Made by a program: the position numbers and the translations under genes
Shown here: positions 11,226-20,791 of the stretch, one piece after another
Numbering within the stretch: the stretch's first letter is position 1
How the letters are laid out: the number at the start of each line of letters is the position of its first letter
Notes under the pieces: generated by a model
Database searches by the model: none
What the model saw: the letters and a program-made list of their open reading frames with translations, nothing else
Told to the model about the DNA's origin: nothing
From: a cyanobacterium endosymbiont of Epithemia turgida isolate EtSB Lake Yunoko
GTDB lineage: Bacteria > Cyanobacteriota > Cyanobacteriia > Cyanobacteriales > Microcystaceae
DNA: 32,000 nucleotides
Direction: 5' to 3'
NCBI RefSeq assembly: GCF_000829235.1
Contig: NZ_AP012549.1
Location: forward strand, 1,710,001-1,742,000

Positions 11226-11335
11226 TACCTTAAAAAGGTGGGAATCCCTCACTTTATCACTTTTGACAACCTTAAAACACTACATTAACTGCAAAGACAA
11301 ATAACCTTCCGTCTCTACTTTAATTTGATATTTTT

Positions 11336-11833
11336 TTAAAAAAGTTCCCCACAATCAGTAATAACAACTTTTGCTGTTGTCTGTCCTTCATCAGTTCCGA
11401 CTTTTTCCATCATTTCTACGATTTCATATCCTTTGAATACTTTTCCAAAAACGACGTGTTTACCATCTAGCCAATTACAAGGTACAGTACAAATAAAAAA
11501 TTGAGAGCCATTGGTATCAGTCCCAGCATTAGCCATAGACAAAATTCCAGGTTCAGTATGCTTGAGTTGAAAGTTTTCATCCTTGAAGAATTTACCATAA
11601 ATTGATTTACCTCCTGTGCCATCACCTCGGGTAACATCACCTCCTTGACACATGAAATTAGGAATGATGCGATGAAAAATACTATTTTTGTACCCAAACC
11701 CAGCTTTTCCAGTACATAATTGACGAAAATTTTCAGCAGTTTTAGGGACAATATCAGTAAAAAGTTGAAATTCTATACGGCCAGTCTTATGTCCGTTAAT
11801 TTCAATATCAAAAAATACAATTGAATTCACCAT
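11336..11833 (-). CDS. Cyclophilin-type peptidyl-prolyl cis-trans isomerase (CypA-like, 165 aa)
   Basis: [10 protein letters not shown]..., [51 protein letters not shown] and [12 protein letters not shown]. It aligns end to end without gaps to the eukaryotic cytosolic cyclophilin A pattern. Confidence 0.95.
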   Translation of the reverse strand: MVNSIVFFDIEINGHKTGRIEFQLFTDIVPKTAENFRQLCTGKAGFGYKNSIFHRIIPNFMCQGGDVTRGDGTGGKSIYGKFFKDENFQLKHTEPGILSMANAGTDTNGSQFFICTVPCNWLDGKHVVFGKVFKGYEIVEMMEKVGTDEGQTTAKVVITDCGELF

Positions 11834-12358
11834 GGTAAAAGTTTTGGTATTTTAAATTAGGAAGACGATGTGATTACAATGGACTTTATTCATTGAAATC
11901 CTCATTCCTTGATTATACTATAGGTATGTCTACGATAGATTATTTACGATAGATATAATCAGCTCTTTCGATACTTGGGGACAAACATTGGAAATAATTA
12001 TCAGATTTAATTTAATGGGTTAGAGTATGTATAAAAAATTAATTAGTTTTATCTCAAAATAAATTAACCAAACACACAACTATTCGAGGTAGTTAAGCAC
12101 TGACATACTAATTTAAATATATAAATATAGTTAATCTAAAAGTATAAAGCGATTACTAAAAATCGAGAGCAAAAACCTGGTATAATAGAGCGAACAGTCA
12201 GAATAGAAAATAGTTATGTTAACTATTACAAGACAATCAACTTAAAAGTTAAATTTAGACCTCTATATTTAGTATTTTTATAACTTTTTTTTTGCTGTCA
12301 TTGTTCATACGAGATGTTTAACAATTGATCTTATAATAGCGTGAATCATTTCTGGCGA

Positions 12359-12414
12359 ATATAGTGTTCAACTTCATTGCTTATTGATATATGCAATGAA
12401 GTTGAACACTATAT
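12359..12414. repeat. Perfect 22-bp inverted repeat with a 12-nt loop
   Basis: atatagtgttcaacttcattgc (12359-12380) is the exact reverse complement of gcaatgaagttgaacactatat (12393-12414). The loop is ttattgatatat. Confidence 0.95.
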
Positions 12415-12710
12415 ATATAAAACCTACAGTACTGAAGATATAGTTAGTAAAACACTTTGTAGTAATGCGAACTGTAGTAAATTTATTGACTATTTCTGGT
12501 TCAAGACTAAATATAAAACTTTTAAAAAAATTGATTAAATCATTTTACCTAGACTAGTCAAAAATATCATTTCTTTTAAAGAATTTTATTTAAAATTAAT
12601 TAAATAATTTATATAGAACTCAATATTTAACTAATTTTATCGAATAGTTTATGGTTTCTATTTTATGTATTTAAGCAAATATATTCTTTATGCAAAAAAT
12701 ATCCACAAAC

Positions 12711-12742
12711 ATAACCTTTTAAATTTAAATTTAAAAGGTTAT
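12711..12742. repeat. Perfect 32-bp spacerless palindrome
   Basis: ataaccttttaaatttaaatttaaaaggttat equals its own reverse complement over all 32 nt. Confidence 0.95.
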
Positions 12743-13222
12743 TAGTTAAATGTAGTATAAAGAAAATATTCAATAGGTTTAATTTTTAACATTAATAAGA
12801 GATTATTTGTTTTATCTAACAACAATAAAAAAATAGTATTATAAATTATTAACTGCAGATACCAAATACTAAAATAGTGAGGTGTAATCAATATATTAAT
12901 AGTTATAATATATGAAATATATTTACTTATTTATATTTTTTTAAAATTTATAATGTTATAGTTAACAGGGAATAAAAAGTGAGTTGATAGCTAATTTAAA
13001 ATTTAAATAGAATTAACTTTTTAAGTTAATTCTGATTTGATATTCAATTATTTAAACTAAAATCTAGTCTTTTTGCATTTAAAATAATTTTGTTTCTACT
13101 GAACAACATAAAATATACTGGGAGCAAAAAAATACATGTGTTTTTTTGTTATGATTGGGCAGCTAGCAGATTTATCGCTCAAATTTAAGTGACTTTAAAA
13201 TAGGCTAATGACTATTCATTAA

Positions 13223-13906
13223 TCTGATCAACTTTTAATTAAGGCAATCCACTTATACAAAAGTTTTGAGGATCTAGGTGCCGTTAATGATGTTCATATT
13301 GAAGTACCAACTGGAAATACTACGGGGTTGATTGGACCAAACGGTGCAGGTAAAACTACCTTATTCAACCTACTTTCTAACTTTATTCGTCTTAACCAGG
13401 AAAAAGTAATTTTTGATGATTCTCCAATTCATCCCCTATCTCCCTACGAAATTGCCCTAGAAGGATGTGTTCGTACCTTTCGACTACCATGGATTCTTTC
13501 CCAACTTACTCTCCTAGAAAATATGTTATTAGCGACCTAAAAACAAACAGAAGAAAATTTTATTCAAGTTTGGTTACAACAAAAACAAGCTGAGCAGGAA
13601 GAGCGATAAAATTGGGTAAAAGCCTTGTAAGGGCTAAAATAAGTAGAAATAGCGATAAAAGCTTATAATTATGCTGGGGCTTTATCAGGAGGTCAACGTA
13701 AGTTGTTATAAATTGCTCGTGCTGTGATGACCCGCCCTAAACTTATTTTACTCGATGAACCAGCTGCAGAAGTCAATCTTAAATCGTGTAATCATATTTG
13801 GGTGTTAGCTAAAGGAATTAATCTTGCTAATGCTACTCCAGAAGAAATTCAGAATAATTCCTCAGTTCTTGAGGCTTATTTTTTTCAGAAAATAAAGTTT
13901 CTTTGA
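13223..13906 (+). pseudogene. Decayed LivG-type ABC transporter ATP-binding protein (branched-chain/neutral amino-acid uptake family)
   Basis: A single frame reads ...YKSFEDLGAVNDVHIEVPTGNTTGLIGPNGAGKTTLFN (Walker A)...RTF...LTLLENMLLAT*...ALSGGQRKLL*IARAVMTRPKLILLDEPAA (signature and Walker B)...VLAKGINLANATPEEIQNNSSVLEAYF. Five in-frame TAA stops interrupt it. About 30 codons appear to be missing between Walker B and the C-terminal block. The track ORFs 13328-13540 and 13724-13906 are fragments of this gene in the same frame. Confidence 0.85.
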
Positions 13907-14923
13907 GAAGTGTATAAAAATTATTATAATATATCTCTTTTTTAAAGAGATCGACTCTATTCTTATGTTTAATAAGTACCGGATAAATATGTTTTCATTA
14001 ACTTAAACTACAGATGTTGGTGTTGTTCTGTTCAACGGCTATCTACTCTGACGGAAATGTTTAGCCATATTTTAGAAAAGTGTTAAGTAAGTAGCTCTAA
14101 ATAAACATTAAAAACTATAAATTATTTTGTATTTCTGATATTCAAACAATGATAGTTAACTTCATATTGCTTCTATGGGAATTGTTTACGGTAATTTCTT
14201 TGAATAAAACTTTGTTTAACTGTCTCAGCTAAATCATATTTATCCTCAAATACTCTTCCGTAATTTTATGAGCTTTTATTGGATGTTATTTTTTTCCTAT
14301 ATATATTTAATTATGGATTATTAAGTTGGTACATAAAATAGACATAATCCTTTTTATTTCTATTGTTTTAGTTTGATGTTAACTAAACCATTTGCATACA
14401 CCGAGTCATTATCAAGAACAATTTATTTTATCTATTCCTTTGTCTTGACAGTATCTTTTAGCTTATCTGCTTCTTTATCTGAAATAATCCTACTTTTTTG
14501 GCTTTTTTCTTTTAAGACTATAGAGGAATTCTCATACTCACTTTTGTTACTTTTTATATATAGCCCCTTTCTTTATAATCTTATGTATTTTTCTGTCACT
14601 TTATTTAACCTTTCCCTGTTTTTTTATATTTTATATGATTATAGACTACCCAAGTTTTTTCCTCTACTTCTCGAAAAATCTCGCAACTCTTCTCTTTTTT
14701 AACAATCTATCTAGAAATTATTTTGCTAACTACATTTTATGATAAATAATTTTACCCAATCTACAATTTTTTTTAGCTGAGTTTTATGGACAAGCTGTCA
14801 ATAAGTGAGTAGTATTCTTGAACTATTTTCTATTTTAGACTTATTTAAGCTTACTTTTTTATTACTAGTTCTATTCCTTATACACCTCATCTCTATTGTA
14901 TCCCTATTTCTTTAAATATCGAG

Positions 14924-14957
14924 ATAAAAAGCCACCCTGTCATAACTGATAGGGTGG
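14924..14957 (-). terminator. Rho-independent terminator downstream of grxC
   Basis: The minus-strand RNA reads CCACCCU-AUCAGUUAUGAC-AGGGUGG, a 7-bp G/C-rich stem with a 12-nt loop, followed directly by CUUUUUAU. Confidence 0.6.
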
Positions 14958-15227
14958 ATGAGGTCACTGGTTCCATCCGAAGAGGAAATCTAAAAACTTT
15001 AGAACTAAACTTGCGGGATATATCCCCAGAATCACAGCTATTTAAGCTGTCGAACCAAGAATCAAACACGAAGCTCTTCATACACAAGAACAAGGCTGTA
15101 TCACTTCTAGTTTTTACTAAACTTGTATTTTGTGACGACGAGATAATCGGAGCTAGGGGTTTTTCTTTTTACCTGCCCACAATAGTCTCAGTTTTCGTTC
15201 TCCTGGCGCTTCACCTAATAGGATGAA
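14940..15227 (-). pseudogene. Probable remnant of a family-4 uracil-DNA glycosylase (5' part missing, internally shortened)
   Basis: One minus-strand frame of 96 codons with six internal stops reads FILLGEAPGERKLRLLWAGKKKNP*LRLSRRHKIQV**KLEVIQPCSCV*RASCLILGSTA*IAVILGIYPASLVLKFLDFLFGWNQ*PHPPYQL*. Collinear matches to UDG family 4 are GEAPG (motif A GE[A/G]PG), ERKLRLLWAGK versus EDxxGxPFVGKAG, E.I..C, LILGSTA....LG versus vIvlLGxxA....LG, and HPPYQL versus HP[SA]YLLR (motif B). The region is GC-richer than the true spacers. Confidence 0.4.
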
Positions 15228-15228
15228 C

Positions 15229-15540
15229 TCAAAGAGTAACAGCTAAAAGCGTATCTAATTTATTAGTCTCGTTGAGAGCATAAAGCTCATCACAGCCTCC
15301 AATATGTTCATTATTAATAAATATCTGAGGTACACTACGCTTTCCGTTAGATCTTTGAGACATACTATCTCTAGCTGTTTCGTTACCATCAATTTTATAT
15401 TCATTAAAGTTAACCCCTTTCCACCACAGAAGAAATTTTGCACGAATACAAAAAGGACAGGCTCGCCAAGTATAAATTTCAACGTCAGCGTTAATTTTTT
15501 CAGGATGACGGCCAAGAAAAGAGTTAATTGTGTTTAACAT
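15229..15540 (-). CDS. grxC: Glutaredoxin 3 (dithiol, CPFC active site)
   Basis: 103 aa. VEIYTWRACPFCIRAKFLLWWKGV, SVPQIFINNEHIGGCDELY. Collinear by eye with Synechocystis GrxC, including the N-terminal extension. Confidence 0.9.
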   Translation of the reverse strand: MLNTINSFLGRHPEKINADVEIYTWRACPFCIRAKFLLWWKGVNFNEYKIDGNETARDSMSQRSNGKRSVPQIFINNEHIGGCDELYALNETNKLDTLLAVTL

Positions 15541-16307
15541 GAGTTGAATCCTTAATTGTTAATGATTCATAGCCAAAATTATGGAATTTCCTATGAAAAT
15601 TTAGCTGATGATTGCATCGATGTTATTTTAACTTAGTTTTGGTTAACGGAATTTGTCAATATCTTTGATTGAATATCTTTAATTAATCCTTCCTGGTCAT
15701 CAAAGATAGATGCTAATAAGCAATCACCTTTTTCTTTTGTTGCAACTTTAACATTACCCATTGCCCCACTTTGAGTCAATTTTTGGGTTAACTAAGTAAA
15801 GAGTAGTTTTACTTTCATAGTCAGTAAACTATTTTAAGGTAAACTCTGATGACATTATTTCACTACTTTTTCTATTTTTACTTAAGTTTGGCAACCAAAA
15901 AAATAGAATACTAGTTTATACATCTTTTGTATGAATTCCATACTCTAATTTGCGTTTAATTAACAGATCTTTAACAACATAAGGAACTTACAAAGTAAAC
16001 ATTAGTATGAACAGGGTAAAGTATAAGTGGGAATCCATTATTCTAATTTTTCTAATTGTTTTCCCTAAAACCTCCATTACAATCGCAGAATCTACTACCA
16101 TAGGCAAATGGACGCCATTTTGTATGACTGTCCCAGCAGATCATACTATAACGATATTTTCTATATTTAATATCGCTTGAATATTTGTCCAAGTTAAACA
16201 GCTAAAGAAGTATTTTAGGAGGAATAAAATCGTACATAATAATTATGAGTTTGATTGCTCAAGTTATCTATATTTAGTTAACGTAATCATCAAGATAATT
16301 TTAACTT

Positions 16308-16970
16308 TTACCGTTTGGCTTTATTTGAACGCGGGGGTTGACGACGACGATACCAAGCCGAAACTCCTACTAAAATTCCAGTTAATGTAAAACCACACAG
16401 TAGAGGCAAAATATTGCCTTGATTAAGAGACTTAAAACCAGCTCCTATCATGACAAAAGGCAGAATTCCTGGAATAATTCCCAAGACAGTTCCAATCAAA
16501 TAATCTTGAAATCTAATTGATGTTAATCCTGCTGCAACATTAACAATCCCATAAGGAATAATCGGTAGTAAGCGAATAGCAAACAAATAAAATAAGCCAC
16601 CCTGACGTATTTCTGCGTCTATTGCTTCCCATTTGTAGGCAAGTTTTCGCGTGACATATTTTCTTCCTAGGGTACGGGTGAAAGCGAAAGATAAAATGGC
16701 TGCTAACATAGCTGCAATCGTTGTCCAAAATACTCCCCACCCAATTCCAAATAATGCTCCACCACTTAAATTGAGGGGAGTTGAAGGTAAAATTAGTAAA
16801 GTTGCTAAAGTGTAAATAATTATGTAGAGAATAGGAGCTAAAATTCCCATTTTATTAAGCCAAAGTTGCAATTCTTCAAAATCAATTTTTCGAATTAAAC
16901 CTACACCAATTACAGTGATAGCTATACAAAAAATTGTCAGTAAAATTACTTTGTGTTTCCCTTTGGTCAT
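16308..16970 (-). CDS. TVP38/TMEM64 (SNARE-associated, DedA-superfamily) membrane protein
   Basis: 220 aa with about 5-6 TM segments. The motifs LPSTPLNLSGGALFG and FAIRLLPIIPYGIVN are typical of this family. The tail is basic. Confidence 0.85.
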   Translation of the reverse strand: MTKGKHKVILLTIFCIAITVIGVGLIRKIDFEELQLWLNKMGILAPILYIIIYTLATLLILPSTPLNLSGGALFGIGWGVFWTTIAAMLAAILSFAFTRTLGRKYVTRKLAYKWEAIDAEIRQGGLFYLFAIRLLPIIPYGIVNVAAGLTSIRFQDYLIGTVLGIIPGILPFVMIGAGFKSLNQGNILPLLCGFTLTGILVGVSAWYRRRQPPRSNKAKR

Positions 16971-17171
16971 CTACTTTTCTCCTCACGAAACTTAACCTAT
17001 AAGGTTATCATACTAAATCCGATTGTAAAAACCTACTTATTTAGGAGAGAAATAATATAAATAAAAATGATACATAATTTTTATCTCAAATAGAGAAAAA
17101 AAACTACCATGCTAGATTAAGATCATAAAGAATTTTTATTTATATATAAATATAAACACTAATTCAGTAAA

Positions 17172-17209
17172 TATTATGTAATTAAATTTTAATATTTAAT
17201 TACATAATA
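17172..17209. repeat. Perfect 16-bp inverted repeat with a 6-nt spacer
   Basis: tattatgtaattaaat (17172-17187) pairs with atttaattacataata (17194-17209). Confidence 0.9.
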
Positions 17210-17284
17210 GATAACAGCTAAATTTTACAAATAAATTTTTAGTTAAATATATAAAATAACCTAAAAAACCTTAATTAATAAGAT

Positions 17285-17339
17285 GTAATTTCTAATTATA
17301 TTTTTGTTTTTTATGTGCAAGAATATAATTAGAAATTAC
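17285..17339. repeat. Perfect 18-bp inverted repeat with a 19-nt loop
   Basis: gtaatttctaattatatt (17285-17302) pairs with aatataattagaaattac (17322-17339). Confidence 0.95.
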
Positions 17340-17764
17340 CAGAAAATATCTGCTAGCTTTCTCTATAGAATCAGAGTTTTTACAAAATTATATATATAAG
17401 AATTTTAAAATATCTAATGAAATTAATACTACTAAATATGTTTAATTTTTTGGCAAAATAAAAGATAAAATTAAATAATTAACTCATTACTTTTTAATGT
17501 TATTTTTTCATTATTTTAGGACAATAATCAGCATAAAATAAATGTTCAATGCAGCTTTAAAATATATTTTTTTTTAGAAAAAATCTGATTTTTTACAAAT
17601 TTTTAAAGTACATTATCACAAGCAAGATCACCTTTTTTTAAAAATTACCTTTTTCTACTAAGCTATTCACTGTAATTTTATCCAACATTAGACAATCAAG
17701 TAGGTAAGTCCAAAGAAAGCTATAATAGAGGAGTAGTTTAAAAAGGGCAATTACTAGATACAAA

Positions 17765-17805
17765 TATAGAATAAAGTCAAACAAGATGTTAGACTTTATT
17801 CTATA
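17765..17805. repeat. Perfect 14-bp inverted repeat with a 13-nt loop
   Basis: tatagaataaagtc (17765-17778) pairs with gactttattctata (17792-17805). Confidence 0.9.
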
Positions 17806-18946
17806 AACTAATAGGTTTACAATTTTCGCCTAACCAGTAATAATTCACATTGTCATAAGATAAATCTATAAACATCTCAGATAAACAACCAAAGCCTGAA
17901 GATTTTGATTCAGCAATCACATACCAAGTATACAGGGCTAAATAGTACTTAGCTATCGTAACTCTCACAAAAAACCCGGCAGCTAAGTGCTATTTATACA
18001 ACTACCTTTATTTTTAGCGATTATTTTAAGTTTTTAGGCTAATTATGTTTGACTTTATTTGTCAATACGTAAAAATAATTAATTATTATTTTGGATGATA
18101 TAAAGAACTGAATATAATGTCTATTTTAGCATAATCTATATCAAGTATAGATTATGATTGATTGATAATTTTTAGGTTAGTTTACAGAATTAGAATCTAT
18201 CTTCCCTATAATAGTTACTGATAAAAAATCGGCTTATTTTTTTACCTGTAATTTACTCTATTCAAAAAATTTTTGGTTTAATTATTTTAAGTAAAACGGT
18301 TTTGTTAATTTTAGTTTAATTGTAATTTTAGAGATTGTCTATTTTGATTATTTATTGCATATTTAATAAATATTAATTATAGCAATTATTTTATTTTTTT
18401 TAAAAAATTAATAGGAATGCAGCCGAGTATATTTTGTATGGTATTTATGTATATTGCTGGTCTAATTAGATAATTTTTTTAACGAAAAGTAATAACTAGT
18501 AAATTATTATTAGAAGCAACCACAATAATCTGATAAAATTAAATACATATTCATGGTTTAAAACTATTTTTTATTTGTGTTTTAATTGTCAATTCTATTA
18601 GTTAAATAGTTATATCAAATTCCTATCTAATTATTGATCAAATAGCTATTTTAGTACGTATTTTATATTTAATAGTAATCATTAATTACTATTAATATCC
18701 TGATTTTATACTAGAATTATAACTAATATTATTATTGTTTTTATCATCCTATTTATTGATTAACTGATTTTATAATTATTTTAATTTTTTCCATAAATCA
18801 CTATAGTGCTAGTAATTTATGGTATGATATTTTTGTGAAATAAATTTTTACATTTGTTTTAGTAGGAAAAAAGTTAATTTTTTACTCAATTTCTATTAAA
18901 TCTAAATATTGGTAAATATTTACATTCTATTTGTTAAAATCTGATC

Positions 18947-18986
18947 ACTATCTTTAATATTTAAGTCTCAAGATATTAAAGATAGT
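18947..18986. repeat. Perfect 14-bp inverted repeat with a 12-nt loop
   Basis: actatctttaatat (18947-18960) pairs with atattaaagatagt (18973-18986). The loop is ttaagtctcaag. Confidence 0.9.
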
Positions 18987-19463
18987 TTAACTATTATTCT
19001 TTGTACAAATACGAACGTTTGTTATGGATTCAAAATAATGTTGGCATTTAATTAGCATTGCTGTCAATAAAACCTTTAAACTTAAGTAGATTTATATTTT
19101 GCATAAAACATAGATTAATTTAAATAAATTTTAAAGTTAACCAACGATATAGTTATGTTTTATGCATAGTACTAAAAACTAAGCCCGATTAACAGATTCA
19201 AAAACTATTTATTTACAAACTCTCTCAGTATCATGAAATTATATTAATTTAAAATTTGGTAAAAAATAACCTATACAGTAGTAATTTTAACTGGTTTATA
19301 TATATCTATATTTTTTTTAAATCATATAAATTTAAGGAACAAAAATCTATTAAACTCAAAAAAATAGAGAAATTTAATCGATCTAAAAAAATAGAAACAA
19401 TTATATTTAAATATGGATGACTTCCTACATATTATCAATTACTAATTATCAATTTTCAAACCT

Positions 19464-20303
19464 ATGTCTAAAATTCAGTGGTATCCTGGTCATATTTCCA
19501 AAGCAGAAAGACAACTTAAAGAACAATTAAACAAAGTTGATGTTGTTCTTGAAGTTCTTGATGCGCGAATTCCTCTAGCATCTCACCATCCCCAAGTTCC
19601 TAGGTGGATCGGCGAAAAACCTAGAATTCTTGTGCTTAATCGTGTAGATATGATACCAGAATTTGTACGTGAACAATGGATAACCTGGTTTGAAAATCAT
19701 AAGGAAACGCCCTATTTCACTAATGCAAAACAGGGAAAAGGGGTGAAAGCACTCCATAAAGCTACTCAGACTCTAGGAGTAGCTATGAACCGACGAAGAC
19801 GCGAGCGCGGGATGCTACCTCGTCCAGTTCGCGCAGTTGTCATTGGATTGCCAAATGTAGGAAAATCTGCCTTAATTAATCGTCTTTTGGGACGTAAAAT
19901 TGTCGCTAGTGCTAGAAGTGTGGGGGTGACTCGTCAAATACGTTGGGTTCGGATTTCTGATACTATTGAATTATTAGATGCACCAGGAATAATCCCTAGT
20001 AACCTAGAAAACCAAAAAAATGCTGTTAAATTGGCAATTTGTGAGGATATTGGGAATGCAGCTTACGATAATCAACAGGTAGCAGGTGTGTTAGTTGATT
20101 TCCTAGTTGAATTGAACTTTGAAACAATCTTGCGATCACGTTATCATATTGATCCCTTAGACATGACGGGGGAGGAGTACATTCAAACTCTAGGTCATGA
20201 ATGCTATCAAGGGGATGTTGAAAGAGCAAGTAGGCAATTATTGAATGATTTCCGCAAAGGACTTATGGGGTGTGTTCCTTTAGAATTACCACCGATGAAG
20301 TAG
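19464..20303 (+). CDS. rbgA: Ribosome biogenesis GTPase A (RbgA/YlqF, circularly permuted GTPase)
   Basis: 279 aa. The N-terminus IQWYPGHISKA is typical of the family. The G motifs are in permuted order: LNRVD (G4-like) precedes GLPNVGKSALIN (G1) and LLDAPG (G3). Confidence 0.9.
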   Translation: MSKIQWYPGHISKAERQLKEQLNKVDVVLEVLDARIPLASHHPQVPRWIGEKPRILVLNRVDMIPEFVREQWITWFENHKETPYFTNAKQGKGVKALHKATQTLGVAMNRRRRERGMLPRPVRAVVIGLPNVGKSALINRLLGRKIVASARSVGVTRQIRWVRISDTIELLDAPGIIPSNLENQKNAVKLAICEDIGNAAYDNQQVAGVLVDFLVELNFETILRSRYHIDPLDMTGEEYIQTLGHECYQGDVERASRQLLNDFRKGLMGCVPLELPPMK

Positions 20304-20747
20304 TCAATAATATTAACACTTACTTTTGAATACAATGGCTTTTTTAAACAAAAAAGGAACATGAACGGGAGTATCGATTAATGAGTAGTTATAAAATAAA
20401 CTTCAACTTTTAACTAAGTTACCAACTACATTTTATCTATTAATCATTTAATTTGGAGGTGAGTAAACATGTTAAAAACTTGATCATTTTTGTTTATCTA
20501 CTACTTGATAAAAACTGAAAGTTAAGAAAATCAGGCTAATCTCCCTAGCTTTAATTATTAGGGTTTTTGATTAGCTTGTTTAAATGAAGAACCACTGGTA
20601 AATCATGAATAACTACAAACATAGATAATAAATAGCTAATTCGGAATTAACAGTAAAAGGCAATTGATTATCAGGATAGACTATGGTAAATTTGTCTAAA
20701 CTAAAATGCAAATTTTCAAAAAGTAATAATTAACCAATTTTTTGTTC

Positions 20748-20791
20748 ATATACTATTGTTTATAGTAATCCAACAATAAACAATAGTATAT
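20748..20791. repeat. Perfect 16-bp inverted repeat with a 12-nt loop
   Basis: atatactattgtttat (20748-20763) pairs with ataaacaatagtatat (20776-20791). The loop is agtaatccaaca. Confidence 0.9.

Noticed and set aside
11238-11255. A bidirectional terminator between the convergent shc and cyclophilin genes (GUGGG-AAUCC-CUCAC followed by UUU).
   Set aside because: The stem is only 5 bp including a G-U pair, and the T tract is short.
11467-11751. The 94-aa ORF overlapping the cyclophilin gene.
   Set aside because: It is an alternative frame entirely inside a strongly supported CDS on the same strand, so it is a shadow ORF.
14373-14702. The 109-aa track ORF as a CDS.
   Set aside because: It is a low-complexity Leu/Phe/Ser product of a T/C-rich tract, with no recognisable domain and an alternative (TTG) start.
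14893-15226. Track ORFs 14893-15093 (-) and 14954-15226 (+) as CDSs.
   Set aside because: Both lie within the UDG-like relic region. The minus-strand ORF is simply an open stretch in a different reading frame over the same decayed locus, and the plus-strand ORF is an antisense shadow. Neither has a recognisable domain.
14925-15228. Possible tmRNA (ssrA) or other structured RNA on the minus strand. GAUUCUUGGUUCGAC resembles the 5' region of tmRNA (E. coli GAUUCUGGAUUCGAC), the 3' end reads ...CAUCCACC, and a terminator hairpin follows.
   Set aside because: There is no GGGG acceptor strand that can pair with the 3' end, no T-arm, no tag reading frame and no pseudoknot region. The tmRNA-like 15-mer is explained as the codons for LILGST within a single-frame UDG-like relic whose motifs are collinear. 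I also checked this region for RNase P (no GAGGAAAGUCC) and SRP RNA signatures, without success.
15255-15537. Track ORFs 15255-15515 (-) and 15304-15537 (+).
   Set aside because: They are shadow frames within grxC.
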